Shown here piece by piece: positions 29,494 through 39,512 of a stretch of 64,000 nucleotides of DNA (position 1 is its first letter; every line of letters begins with the position of its first letter). Position numbers and translations under genes: made by a program. The notes under the pieces were generated by a model, which saw only the letters and a list, made by a program, of their open reading frames with translations, made no database searches and was not told the origin of the DNA. The stretch lies in the NCBI GenBank assembly GCA_963812605.1, contig CAWEWF010000014.1, forward strand, positions 512,001 to 576,000. Direction: 5' to 3'. This DNA is from an uncultured Verrucomicrobiae bacterium (lineage in GTDB: Bacteria > Verrucomicrobiota > Verrucomicrobiia > Palsa-1439).

Positions 29494-30414
29494 ATGATTG
29501 CTGAAGCCAAAGATCTACAAGCCCAAGAAATCAAACTGACCGACCGCGCGAAATATACGAAAAAGGATTTGGTCGCCGACCACCCGACGTGGTGTCCTGG
29601 CTGCGGCGACTTCAGCGTTCTCTCCATCTATTTCAAGATGATGGAAAAATTGCAGTTGCCGCATGAGAAGATCACCAGCATCGCCGGCATCGGCTGCTCG
29701 TCGCGTTTCCCGTACTTCGTGAACGCCTACGGCGTGCACTTCCTCCATGGACGCGCGGCGCCGTTTGCCACGGGCGTGTCGATGATGCGGCCCGATCTGC
29801 ATGTGTTCGTGTTCGGCGGCGATGGCGATGCTTTCTCCATCGGCGGCAACCATCTCAACCATGCCGCGCGCAAGAACGTCAAGATGACCTATGTCATCAT
29901 GGACAACTTCGTCTACGGCCTGACAAAGAAGCAGACTTCGCCAACGTCGCCGCTTGGTTTCAAATCGAAGACCGACCCAACCGGCGCGGTCGATCAGCCG
30001 ATTAACCCGATGAAGCAGCTCATCGCCTGCGGGGCAACGTTCATCGCTCGCACCCACGCGCATTTGCCAAATCACGTCATGGAAATGATGGAAAAGGCGA
30101 TGGCACACGACGGTTTTTCGGTCATTGAATGTTTGAGCGAGTGCACGGAGTTTTACCCGGGAGCTTTCGACGCGGCCAACCCGCGCAAGGGCGGCGCGTT
30201 CAATCTTGTGCCCGCGGACCACAATGTGACCGACGAAATCGCCGCCTATAAACTGGCGATGACGCCGTTCCCCGGCTACTTCGGCATATTCTACCAGGAG
30301 CAGCGCCCCACCAAGAACGCCCTCGAGGCCAGGCTCATCGCCGACTCGAAGGCGCGGGCCGAAAACGCCTCGCCGACCGAACTCCTGCAGAAGACGTTTG
30401 CGCGGCTTAGTTAG
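29494..30414 (+). CDS. korB: 2-oxoacid:ferredoxin oxidoreductase subunit beta
   Basis: WCPGCGD, GIGCSSR, HGRA, GDGD...DNFVYGLTK. Confidence 0.93.
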   Translation: MIAEAKDLQAQEIKLTDRAKYTKKDLVADHPTWCPGCGDFSVLSIYFKMMEKLQLPHEKITSIAGIGCSSRFPYFVNAYGVHFLHGRAAPFATGVSMMRPDLHVFVFGGDGDAFSIGGNHLNHAARKNVKMTYVIMDNFVYGLTKKQTSPTSPLGFKSKTDPTGAVDQPINPMKQLIACGATFIARTHAHLPNHVMEMMEKAMAHDGFSVIECLSECTEFYPGAFDAANPRKGGAFNLVPADHNVTDEIAAYKLAMTPFPGYFGIFYQEQRPTKNALEARLIADSKARAENASPTELLQKTFARLS

Positions 30415-30418
30415 GCCA

Positions 30419-31261
30419 ATGAACGAACGGGCTGGTATTGTCCTTCTCGCGATATTCATTGTCGTGGGCGCGGTTATTTCCCGCGCGGACATCATCGTCA
30501 CGAAAACCCTCGTTCACACCGGTGAGGTCGTGCGAGCGGAAGCCGATGGCGTTATGGTGCGGTTGCCGTCGCTCGGGGAACTAAAGGTCTACAAGGCGGA
30601 CATCATTCGCCTCGAGGTCGCCAAGCCGGCGGCGCTGGAATCGGTTTCCAAGACGCTTCAGTCCGGGGCCTTCACGGAAGCGGTGGCCGTGCTCAAGCCG
30701 ATCGTCGATCGCTACGCGGGGTTGGACCTGCCGTGGGTGCAGGAGGCAATGCTCCAGTTGGGTGACGCTTATCTCGGCGCGAATGATTTTCCGTCGGCCC
30801 GGGCCGCCTTCGATCAATTTGCCCGGCTCTATCCGCAAGCGGAACAGACTGCGGGACTGGAAGTAAAGTACGCCCGCGTGCTTTTTAACCAGAAGGATTA
30901 CGCCAAAGCCGGCGAGCAACTCTACGGTTTTCTTACGCCGTTGTTGAGACGCGAATTCCTGACCGACGCCCAGGAAGACGCTGTGTCCGAGGGCCTCGCC
31001 TTGCTGGGGGATTGCCAGCGCGCGCAAAATCAGCCCGAGCGGGCCCTGGATTCTTACCTGGCGGTCGTGACGATGTTTGACTTCAATCCCGACCGTGCGG
31101 CGGAAGCGCGCTACAAGGCCGGGCAAACATTTGAGGAACTGAAGAACTGGAAACGAGCCAAGGGCACGTATGAGGACCTTTTGAAGGAGACTCCCGGCGT
31201 CGCTTTCGCCCCCGAAGCGCAAAAGCGACTGGCTGCACTCACCAAAGACCATCCCGAATGA
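30419..31261 (+). CDS. Exported TPR protein (CpoB/BamD-like repeats)
   Basis: Signal peptide; LGDAY, FARLYP, EARYKAG, YEDLLKETP...EAQKRL. Confidence 0.75.
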   Translation: MNERAGIVLLAIFIVVGAVISRADIIVTKTLVHTGEVVRAEADGVMVRLPSLGELKVYKADIIRLEVAKPAALESVSKTLQSGAFTEAVAVLKPIVDRYAGLDLPWVQEAMLQLGDAYLGANDFPSARAAFDQFARLYPQAEQTAGLEVKYARVLFNQKDYAKAGEQLYGFLTPLLRREFLTDAQEDAVSEGLALLGDCQRAQNQPERALDSYLAVVTMFDFNPDRAAEARYKAGQTFEELKNWKRAKGTYEDLLKETPGVAFAPEAQKRLAALTKDHPE

Positions 31262-32109
31262 CTTTGCTCCAGGCAACCGTGTTCGGCCTCATCCAAGGGT
31301 TGACGGAATTCCTGCCGATCAGCAGCGCGGCGCACCTCCGGATTGTTTCCGCCTTCCTGGGCTGGGACGACCCCGGCACGGCTTTCACGGCGGTGATCCA
31401 ATTGGCCATTGTCGTCACCTTGCTCCTGTATTTTTGGCGGGATCTTGTTCATATCGCTGCGGCGATGCTGCGCGGCGCGCAAACGGGCCGTTTATTGGAC
31501 GACCATGACGCACGGCTGGGATGGATGATCGTGGTGGGAACCGTGCCGATCATGGTGCTGGGACTGGCCCTCAAAAAATATGTGGAGACCAGCCTGCGGT
31601 CGCTCTACGTCATCGCCCTCGCCGAGATCGGGCTGGCACTGGCGCTGATCGTCGCCGAATACCTGGAGCGTTCCCGTATCGCGGCCGGAACAAAGCTGCG
31701 GGGGATGAAAGACATCACGTGGAGGGATTCGATCCTTGTGGGCGCGGCGCAATGCCTGGCGCTGATTCCCGGGGCTTCACGCTCGGGTTCCACGATCACC
31801 GGCGGCCTGTTCGTCGGCTTCACGCGTGAGACGGCTGCGCGGTTCTCGTTCCTCTTGGCGCTGCCATCCTTCTTGGGCGCGGGAATCCTCGAATTCTTGC
31901 ATCACCGTCACGAACTCCTCGGCGCGCCCGGTGCCGGCCGTAACCTCGTCGTGGCAACGGTCGTGGCCATCATCGTCGGGTATGCCGCGGTCGCGTTCCT
32001 GATGAACTACTTGAAGCGTCACACTACCTGGGTCTTTATCATCTATCGACTCGTTCTCGGCGCGGGATTGCTGGCGCTATTGTCCAGCGGAAGACTGCAG
32101 CCCTTCTAG
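31258..32109 (+). CDS. uppP: Undecaprenyl-diphosphate phosphatase
   Basis: QGLTEFLPISSAAH, ALIPGASRSGST, AARFSFLL, IYRLVLG. Confidence 0.96.
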   Translation: MTLLQATVFGLIQGLTEFLPISSAAHLRIVSAFLGWDDPGTAFTAVIQLAIVVTLLLYFWRDLVHIAAAMLRGAQTGRLLDDHDARLGWMIVVGTVPIMVLGLALKKYVETSLRSLYVIALAEIGLALALIVAEYLERSRIAAGTKLRGMKDITWRDSILVGAAQCLALIPGASRSGSTITGGLFVGFTRETAARFSFLLALPSFLGAGILEFLHHRHELLGAPGAGRNLVVATVVAIIVGYAAVAFLMNYLKRHTTWVFIIYRLVLGAGLLALLSSGRLQPF

Positions 32110-32831
32110 AGCGGAACCTGCCTGCTCCCCGGTACAAGTCGCATCAGGAACAGCAGGGGCCAGCCCAGATACCGTTGCGCGCGCTCCAGACGGCTTGCCA
32201 GCGCCTCATCGACGGCCTGTTCGCTCAAATGGTCGAGGATAAACCCGGCCCCAACCGCTGCCATAACGTAGTCACTCAACTGATGCGGGCAACTGGCCGG
32301 GCGGATTTCCCGTCCGCTGGCGGGATCGCGGAAGCGGGCCTGGACGCCCCGTAGCATCATGGCCGGGTGCATGACGGAGACGACGACAAAGCCGGCGGGA
32401 CGGCAAATGCGGTGCATCTCCCGGAATAACCCGGGGAGATCGGCGATATGATCGATTACCAACCCGCAGACGACACGGTCGAAAGATTTGTCTGCGAAAG
32501 GCAGCAGTTGAGCCAGATCATGCGCGTGAAAGGTGATGTTCAACCCTTGCGCCTTCGTTCGCGCCCGTTCCAACATCGCTGCGGAAAAATCCAGCGCATG
32601 GACGGCCGCTCCCGCCGACGCGAAACGAATCGCGTGTCGTCCCGTCCCGCAGCCGACGTCCGCCACGGCCAGCCCGCGAACATCACCGAGTAGACGATCC
32701 ACCTGCGGTTCTTCGATGGCGATCAGTGGATTACCGTCTTCGTCGTAGATCGCCGCCCAGAGATCGTAACCGTCCTTCGTGGACAGAAGATCAATCGGAA
32801 CCGCCGGGGAGTTGGTGGATTCTTGCGTCAT
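32106..32831 (-). CDS. Class I SAM-dependent methyltransferase
   Basis: GYDLWA.IYD, DVGCGTG, LDFSAAML, LPFADKSFD. Confidence 0.92.
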   Translation of the reverse strand: MTQESTNSPAVPIDLLSTKDGYDLWAAIYDEDGNPLIAIEEPQVDRLLGDVRGLAVADVGCGTGRHAIRFASAGAAVHALDFSAAMLERARTKAQGLNITFHAHDLAQLLPFADKSFDRVVCGLVIDHIADLPGLFREMHRICRPAGFVVVSVMHPAMMLRGVQARFRDPASGREIRPASCPHQLSDYVMAAVGAGFILDHLSEQAVDEALASRLERAQRYLGWPLLFLMRLVPGSRQVPL

Positions 32832-32939
32832 ACCCTGTTACCGCCGTCACGATACCACCCACCGCTTTTCGGTGAAAGAACAAGTGTAATCCCGCATTCG
32901 TGTAGACGCACGCGGACAGTCACGATAATCTCCGCCAGT

Positions 32940-34343
32940 ATGTCAGTCATCAAGTTTGGCACATCGGGTTGGCGGGGAATTATCAGTGACACATTCACGT
33001 TTGGGAATGTCGATCTGACTGCGCACGCGATTGCGCAATACCTGGACGAAAACCCTCCGCCGAACGCGAGGAAACTGTTGATTGTCGGCCACGACACACG
33101 CTTTTTGTCCCGCGCCTTTGCTACCCGTTGCGCCGCGATTGCCGCTGGGTACGGCTTTGAGGTCTGGCTCACGGATCGCGACGCGCCGACGCCGGTTATC
33201 GCGCATGCGATTCGCCTTCACCGGGCCAGTGGCGGCATTAATATCACCGCCAGTCATAATCCCGCCGAATGGAATGGGCTGAAGTTCAATGAATCGAACG
33301 GCGCGCCCTGTTTGCCCGAAACGGCCAAGGCAATTGAGGAGAGGGCGAATGCACTGGGCGAACAGCCGTTGCTGGTTGGCCAACAGGCCAGGGCCGTAAA
33401 AACGTTTAATCCGCAACCGGCGTATTTCGCCCAACTCCGCAAGCTCATCGATTTTTCTGCGCTCAAGAAGCACCGAAAAAAAGCGGTAGTCGATTTGATG
33501 TACGGCACGGGCCGCGGTTACCTCGACGAACTGCTTGCCGGTAGCGGCTGGAAAGTCGAGGCGCTGCACGGGTATGTGGATCCTCTCTTTGGCAGCGGGC
33601 ATCCCGAACCGATTCGAGAAAATCTGGGCGAACTGCTCGCGCGCTTGAAGAAATCGAAGGCGGTGCTTGGACTGGGACTTGATCCGGACGCCGACCGTTT
33701 CGCCATCATCGACCGCGAGGGAACGTTCATCAATGCGAATCAGGTTCTCGCCCTGGCGCTTTACCATCTGGTGAAGAACCGCCACTGGACGGGCGCGGTG
33801 GTGCGGACGGTTGCGACGAGTCACCTGGTGGATGCGGTGGCGCGGAAATTTAAGGTCAAAGTGCATGAGACGCCCGTGGGCTTCAAGTACATCGGCGCGC
33901 TGATGGAGAGCGAACCGATTATTGTCGGAGGCGAGGAAAGCGGCGGCCTGAGCGTGAAAGGGCATGTGCCGGAGAAGGACGGGATTCTGGCGTGCTTGTT
34001 GATGGCGGAATTGGTTGCTTATGAGGGCCGGGCACTGGGCAGCATTTTAAAGGAAATTCAAAAGTGGGCTGGCGGAATCGTCAGCGACCGTATCAACCTG
34101 CACGTGACCCCGGAACGGAAGGAAGAATTGCTCCAGCGATTCCAGAACGGGCTGGATGAGTTCGGTGGGCAGAAGGTCAGGGACGTTGTCACCACGGACG
34201 GGTATAAATTCTTGCTTGAGGACGGTTGCTGGGCGATGTTTCGCGCGTCGGGCACCGAGCCTGTGTTCCGTTGCTACCTCGAAACGCGAACAGCCCGCCA
34301 GATGGCTGTCTTTCGCAAGGCGGCGTTGGATCTGATCAAATAG
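32940..34343 (+). CDS. Phosphoglucomutase/phosphomannomutase family protein
   Basis: IKFGTSGWRG, TASHNP, DPDADR, GEESGG, RASGTEP. Confidence 0.95.
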   Translation: MSVIKFGTSGWRGIISDTFTFGNVDLTAHAIAQYLDENPPPNARKLLIVGHDTRFLSRAFATRCAAIAAGYGFEVWLTDRDAPTPVIAHAIRLHRASGGINITASHNPAEWNGLKFNESNGAPCLPETAKAIEERANALGEQPLLVGQQARAVKTFNPQPAYFAQLRKLIDFSALKKHRKKAVVDLMYGTGRGYLDELLAGSGWKVEALHGYVDPLFGSGHPEPIRENLGELLARLKKSKAVLGLGLDPDADRFAIIDREGTFINANQVLALALYHLVKNRHWTGAVVRTVATSHLVDAVARKFKVKVHETPVGFKYIGALMESEPIIVGGEESGGLSVKGHVPEKDGILACLLMAELVAYEGRALGSILKEIQKWAGGIVSDRINLHVTPERKEELLQRFQNGLDEFGGQKVRDVVTTDGYKFLLEDGCWAMFRASGTEPVFRCYLETRTARQMAVFRKAALDLIK

Positions 34344-34357
34344 TCGAAGGCCTTTTC

Positions 34358-35056
34358 ATGCGATGTCGGAGATCAGCATTCGCGATGTTGTACCTGCTGT
34401 GCGGAACGGCAGCGCTCCCGGCCGCCGAAATCCGCTATGATGACGTTATCTACCTCGATGAGTGGAAGCAACCCGCCCTGCACCTGAAGGCGCTGCACCG
34501 CACCCCGCTCACGTTTTCGCGCGACCAGAGCAGCGTCCTGGCGTACCTCGCGCCGGGAGAGGTGGTGGAGATTGTCGGGCTGGGTGAAACCCAGCATTAT
34601 GTAGCGGCCCGCATTGCGACCGGGCCTGCGAGAGGCTGGGTGGACGCGCAGGCATTGGAGGCGCCGCCCGCTGACCTTGTGGCGAAATTACGCGCGCGCC
34701 GCGAGAAAGCGCAAGCGCATCGTGAAATGATCGAGCGCCACGAAATCGCCCTCACCATGACCCGAGCCGAGGTGCGGGCCAGTCTTGGCAAGCCGGACCA
34801 TACCTCGCGACTGCGCTCCCGGGAGGGCGACGAAGAGCAGTGGTTTTATACCGAATACAAGTACCTGCCGTATTATACCCAGACGTACGATGGCAGTGGC
34901 GAACTGCGGCAGGTGGTAAGTTATCGGCGCGAACCCACCGGGCGCAAGGTCATCACGTTCCGAAATGATGAAGCCATGGAGATCGCTGAGGAACAAGGGG
35001 AGAAAGCCGCCCCGCCTTCCGTTATCATCGTTCCGCCCGCGCCGGCTGGCAATTGA
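34358..35056 (+). CDS. Exported hypothetical protein with SH3-like and SmpA/BamE-like segments
   Basis: Signal peptide; LAPGEVVEIVG...RGWVDAQAL; MTRAEVRASLGKPD...EQWFY. Confidence 0.65.
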   Translation: MRCRRSAFAMLYLLCGTAALPAAEIRYDDVIYLDEWKQPALHLKALHRTPLTFSRDQSSVLAYLAPGEVVEIVGLGETQHYVAARIATGPARGWVDAQALEAPPADLVAKLRARREKAQAHREMIERHEIALTMTRAEVRASLGKPDHTSRLRSREGDEEQWFYTEYKYLPYYTQTYDGSGELRQVVSYRREPTGRKVITFRNDEAMEIAEEQGEKAAPPSVIIVPPAPAGN

Positions 35057-35182
35057 AGTGCACGCTTGATTCACCCTCACTATCACCGTATGGTAAGCGG
35101 GTTGCAGGTTCGCGGCGCCGAGGATATTTGAGCGAATGCCTTTGCCGGCGGTCAAAGTAGAGGAACTTTTACGAGAAATTTT

Positions 35183-36520
35183 ATGAGCATGAAACGCATT
35201 ACCGTCGCGGTGATTGTCGTGGGGTTGGGAATCAACCTGGCCATCGCCGCGCGGATTTATTCCGAAGCCTCCACCAAACAGGACAAGGACAACCCGTACG
35301 CGCAGATGGAACTCATGACCCAGGTCATGGAGTTGGTCCGCAAGGAGTACGTGGACGGCAATGCCGTGTCGTACCGGGACCTGACGTATGGCGCGCTCAA
35401 GGGAATGGTCAACTCGCTCGATCCCCACAGCCAGTTCATGGAACCGCAGGCGTATGAGGACATGAAGGAGGACACTGAAGGCAAGTTTGGCGGCATCGGC
35501 ATCGTCATCAGCATGTCCAAGGAAGGATTCCTCACCGTTGTCACGCCGATGGAGGACACCCCGGGTGCCAAGGCCGGACTGCTGCCCGGCGATCGCATTA
35601 TCAAAATCAACGGCAAGGTCACGGAGAAGATGGGCCTGCAGGATGCCGTACGGCAGTTGCGCGGCGACCCGGGCACCAAGGTCACAATCACCATGTTCCG
35701 CTCCAAAGCCAAAGATCCCGGCGACAAAGTCAAGGACTACACCATCGAGCGCGCCGAGATCAAGGTGGACAGCGTCAAGGACGCGAAGATCCTCGGGGAC
35801 GGCATCGGCTATGTGCGGATCACGCAATTCAACGACCCGACGGCCGACGAATTTGAGAAGGCGCTGACCAAGCTCGAAGGGCAGGGGATGGACGCCCTGA
35901 TCATCGATTTGCGCAATAATCCCGGTGGCCTGCTCGAATCCGCCCGGAGGATTGCCAGTGAATTCATCCCGGCCGGTGAATTGATTGTGTCCACCGAAGG
36001 ACGCGATCCGGCCCAAAAGGTCGTGTACCGCTCGGAACGCGGCAAGAAGCGATTGACCTATCCTGTCGTGCTGCTCGTCAACGCCGGCAGCGCCAGCGGC
36101 AGTGAAATCGTGGCGGGTGCGCTGCAAGATCTGCGGCGCGCGGTGCTGGTTGGTGAGACCACCTTCGGCAAGGGTTCGGTCCAAAGCATTCTCCAACTCA
36201 AGGATGGGTCGGCGGTGCGCCTGACAACGGCCAAATACTACACGCCCAGCCACAAGGTCATTCACGAGCATGGGGTCACCCCGGACATCATGGTGCCCAT
36301 TTCCGAAGAGGATGAACGCAAGCTGCAGGAGCAACGCGCCACGGCCAGCCTGCCGCAGACGGATGGCACGGAAAAGACCGCGCCCATTGCGGACGTGCAG
36401 TTGGACCGGGCCATCGACGTGATCAAGGGCGTCAAGCTCTTCGCCAAACAGGCGAAGGTTGCCAAACAGAATGTGAAGGCTACCGCGACCACTGCCGCCG
36501 CCACGGCAACGACGGAGTAA
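35183..36520 (+). CDS. ctpA: S41 family carboxyl-terminal processing protease
   Basis: LDPHS, FGGIGI (PDZ), DLRNNPGGLL, SASGSEIVAGALQD, TFGKGSVQ. Confidence 0.94.
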   Translation: MSMKRITVAVIVVGLGINLAIAARIYSEASTKQDKDNPYAQMELMTQVMELVRKEYVDGNAVSYRDLTYGALKGMVNSLDPHSQFMEPQAYEDMKEDTEGKFGGIGIVISMSKEGFLTVVTPMEDTPGAKAGLLPGDRIIKINGKVTEKMGLQDAVRQLRGDPGTKVTITMFRSKAKDPGDKVKDYTIERAEIKVDSVKDAKILGDGIGYVRITQFNDPTADEFEKALTKLEGQGMDALIIDLRNNPGGLLESARRIASEFIPAGELIVSTEGRDPAQKVVYRSERGKKRLTYPVVLLVNAGSASGSEIVAGALQDLRRAVLVGETTFGKGSVQSILQLKDGSAVRLTTAKYYTPSHKVIHEHGVTPDIMVPISEEDERKLQEQRATASLPQTDGTEKTAPIADVQLDRAIDVIKGVKLFAKQAKVAKQNVKATATTAAATATTE

Positions 36521-36554
36521 AGGCGTCGAACGAACGCTGGCGGGTCGCAATACT

Positions 36555-37565
36555 GTGAACGTGCTCGGTGTCGAAACCTCCTGCGACGAGACTTCCGCCG
36601 CAGTTGTACGCAATGGCGGCGAGATCCTGTCCAACGTCGTCAGTTCCCAAATCGCGCTGCATCGTCCGTATGGCGGCGTAGTACCCGAACTCGCATCGCG
36701 CAACCATCTTCGTTTGATCGGCTCCGTGGTCGAAGAGGCGCTGGCAGAAGCCGGAACTTCCCTGGAACAGATCGACGCCATCGCAGCCACGTATGGTCCC
36801 GGCCTGGCCTCGTCGCTACTGATCGGCCTGAACACCGCCAAAGGCATTGCGTTCGCCACCGGAAAGCCGTTCGTTGGCATCAACCACCTTGAAGCGCATC
36901 TTTACTCGCCCATTATGGCAAATGCCGCCGGCGAGGCGTTCCCCATGGTTTCCCTCATTGTCTCGGGCGGCCATACCATTCTCGCGCACGCGACGGGCAT
37001 TGGAGAACACGAGATCCTGGGGCAAACCGTCGATGACGCCGCCGGCGAGGCGTTTGACAAAATTGCCAAGCTATTGGGATTGGGTTATCCCGGCGGCCCA
37101 GAGGTCGAGAAGCGCGCCGAACAGGGGAATCCCGCCGCCATCGAATTTCCCCGGAGCATGCTGCGCGACGCGAGCTACAACTTCAGCTTCAGCGGACTGA
37201 AAACCGCCGTGCTCTATTTTCTGCGCAAAAACCCGCAAACACGCGTCGAGGATATCTGCGCCAGCTTTCAGGAGGCGGTCGTGGATGTGCTGGTTGGCAA
37301 GACCGTGCGGGCGGCGACCGAACGGCACGTCAGGACCGTGAGCGCCTCGGGGGGCGTTTCCGTGAACGGTCGTTTTCGCAGGGCATTGACGGCGGGGTGC
37401 GCCGAGCACGGCCTGCAATTGCTGCTCGCGCCGCCGGGATTATGCACGGATAATGCGGCGATGATCGCGGCGTTGGGGTACTATAAATTCCAGTCCGGGA
37501 AACCGAACGACTTTTCATTGGAGGTCGCCCCGTCCATGGGATTGGGAGCAGGAGGCATTCGATGA
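36555..37565 (+). CDS. tsaD: tRNA N6-adenosine threonylcarbamoyltransferase
   Basis: GVETSCDET, GGVVPELASRNH, HLEAH, VSGGHT, DDAAGEAFDK, CTDNAAM. Confidence 0.97.
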   Translation: MNVLGVETSCDETSAAVVRNGGEILSNVVSSQIALHRPYGGVVPELASRNHLRLIGSVVEEALAEAGTSLEQIDAIAATYGPGLASSLLIGLNTAKGIAFATGKPFVGINHLEAHLYSPIMANAAGEAFPMVSLIVSGGHTILAHATGIGEHEILGQTVDDAAGEAFDKIAKLLGLGYPGGPEVEKRAEQGNPAAIEFPRSMLRDASYNFSFSGLKTAVLYFLRKNPQTRVEDICASFQEAVVDVLVGKTVRAATERHVRTVSASGGVSVNGRFRRALTAGCAEHGLQLLLAPPGLCTDNAAMIAALGYYKFQSGKPNDFSLEVAPSMGLGAGGIR

Positions 37566-38677
37566 CCGCACGGTTGATGGTGGCCGATAGCGAACGGGAC
37601 GCGAATATGCTGTATGCCACGCGTCTGTTCGTGCCGGATCCGTTCATTTGGTTCGAGGTCCGTGGCCGGACTTATGCGGTGATGAGCGACCTGGAGATCG
37701 ACCGCGCGCGCAAACACGCCCAAGTGGACCGCGTACTTTCCTTCGCGGCCTACCAGAAACAATTGAAACTGGCCGGCGTCAAACAACCGCGTTTCAGTGA
37801 TATCTTGAACCGCGTTCTTCGCGACTACCGCATTCGGAATGTGGAAGTGCCGATGTCTTTTCCGATTGGCCTCGCAAAGCAATTGCGCGGTATTCGCCTG
37901 AGGGTGAAATCGGATCCCTTCTTCCCCGGGCGCGAGATCAAGACACCGACGGAAGTGGCCCGGCTGGCGGATGCGATGCACCTCGCGGAAGAAGGGATGC
38001 AGTCCGCCGTGAACGCGCTGCGGATGAGCCGGATCGGCCGGGGTGGATTCCTCTACTGGCGTGGGAAGAAATTAACGTCCCGAGGATGTCCAGGGCGTCA
38101 TCAACGCGACCATCGCCGGCCTGGGCGGCATCGCGTCGCATACCATCGTCGCCTGCGGGAACCAGGGCTGCGATCCGCACGAAGGCGGTCACGGCCCGCT
38201 CCGCGCGCATACAACGATCATCCTCGACATCTTTCCGCGCGACACACACACGGCTACTGCGGTGACATCACGCGAACGGTCGTCCGCGGGCGCGCCAGCG
38301 AAGCGGTGAAGAAAATGTACGCGGTGGTCGGCATGGCCCAACAGCTCGCCTTTCGCAAGCTGCGCGACGGCGTGAATGGCCAGGAGGTTCACGGTAGCAT
38401 CCAAAAGCTGTTTGTCGATGAAGGCTACCAGACCGGCCGCGTGCGCGGGCGAATGCAGGGCTTCTTCCACGGCACGGGCCACGGCCTTGGGCTGGAAGTG
38501 CACGAGCGACCCCGCGTCAGCGCGGTCTCGGAAGTGCTGCGCGCCGGCCAGGTGGTGACCGTTGAGCCGGGCCTGTATTATTGGGGGGTAGGGGGCGTGC
38601 GGCTCGAAGATGTCGCGGTGGTCCAGCGGAATGGCGCGCGCAATCTCGCGCGTTTTCCCAAGGCACTTGAAATTTGA
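37562..38677 (+). CDS. Xaa-Pro aminopeptidase (M24B), with compensating frameshifts near 38080 and 38245
   Basis: GYCGDITRT, HGTGHGLGLEVHE, TVEPGLY, GVRLED; DPHEGG and LDIFPR sit in a shifted frame. Confidence 0.92.
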   Translation: MTARLMVADSERDANMLYATRLFVPDPFIWFEVRGRTYAVMSDLEIDRARKHAQVDRVLSFAAYQKQLKLAGVKQPRFSDILNRVLRDYRIRNVEVPMSFPIGLAKQLRGIRLRVKSDPFFPGREIKTPTEVARLADAMHLAEEGMQSAVNALRMSRIGRGGFLYWRGKKLTSRGCPGRHQRDHRRPGRHRVAYHRRLREPGLRSARRRSRPAPRAYNDHPRHLSARHTHGYCGDITRTVVRGRASEAVKKMYAVVGMAQQLAFRKLRDGVNGQEVHGSIQKLFVDEGYQTGRVRGRMQGFFHGTGHGLGLEVHERPRVSAVSEVLRAGQVVTVEPGLYYWGVGGVRLEDVAVVQRNGARNLARFPKALEI

Positions 38678-38718
38678 AACATATGCGCTAGTTTGTGGCC
38701 GTTGGAGATATTGCGAGC

Positions 38719-39390
38719 ATGGAACTATGGATTTTACTTTTGTTTCTGATTCTGGTGCCGGGAATTATCGCGCAAATCAGTGTGCGAGCGGCACTGAATA
38801 AATACTCGCGGATACCGGCGCATTCGGGGCGCTCCGGCGCGGAAGCCGCCGCAGAATTGATGGACGACGCGAACATCCACGACGTTCAGATCACCCGCAC
38901 AGACAGTTTTTTGGGTGACCATTACGATCCACGAACGAAGACGCTTGCACTATCACCGGCGGTGTACGATGGCCGCTCGGTTGCCGCGCTGGGCATTGCG
39001 GCGCACGAAACGGGCCACGCGATCCAGCACCAGCATGCCTACGCTCCCTTACAGATACGGATGGCGATCGTCCCGGCCACCATGTTTGTCTCGCATTTGA
39101 TGCCCTGGATCATCTTCGGCGCTTTCTGGTCACGGATTCCGATGTTCATCACTCTGGGTATCGCCGTGTACGCGGTGATTGTGTTGTTCCAGTTGATTAC
39201 CCTTCCCGTCGAGTTCGACGCCAGTTCGCGCGCCAAGTTGATTCTGCAAAAGAGCGGGCTCATTGCCCGTGACGAAATGCCGGGGGTCAATCGCGTTCTC
39301 AACGCGGCGGCCCTGACCTACGTAGCGGCGTTGATTGCGGCGGCCGCGCAGTTGCTCCAACTCGTGCTGTTGAACAGGAACCGGCGCTAA
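38719..39390 (+). CDS. YugP-like neutral zinc metallopeptidase
   Basis: DHYDP, AAHETGHAIQH, TLPVEFDASSRA, AAALTYVA. Confidence 0.93.
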   Translation: MELWILLLFLILVPGIIAQISVRAALNKYSRIPAHSGRSGAEAAAELMDDANIHDVQITRTDSFLGDHYDPRTKTLALSPAVYDGRSVAALGIAAHETGHAIQHQHAYAPLQIRMAIVPATMFVSHLMPWIIFGAFWSRIPMFITLGIAVYAVIVLFQLITLPVEFDASSRAKLILQKSGLIARDEMPGVNRVLNAAALTYVAALIAAAAQLLQLVLLNRNRR

Positions 39391-39512
39391 TCGCCGCGGT
39401 CCGCATCTTTCTCCGCTACAGGCCAAAAGGAAATTTTCTTTGACTTTGGCGAGCCAGTCCAGCTACGGTCTTGCCTCGGTTTCGCGTTTTCGGTTTCACC
39501 TAAAAGCAATTC

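Noticed and set aside
34688-36883. 731-aa minus-strand ORF and similar long antisense ORFs
   Set aside because: Antisense shadows of high-GC genes (ctpA, tsaD) with no recognisable motifs.
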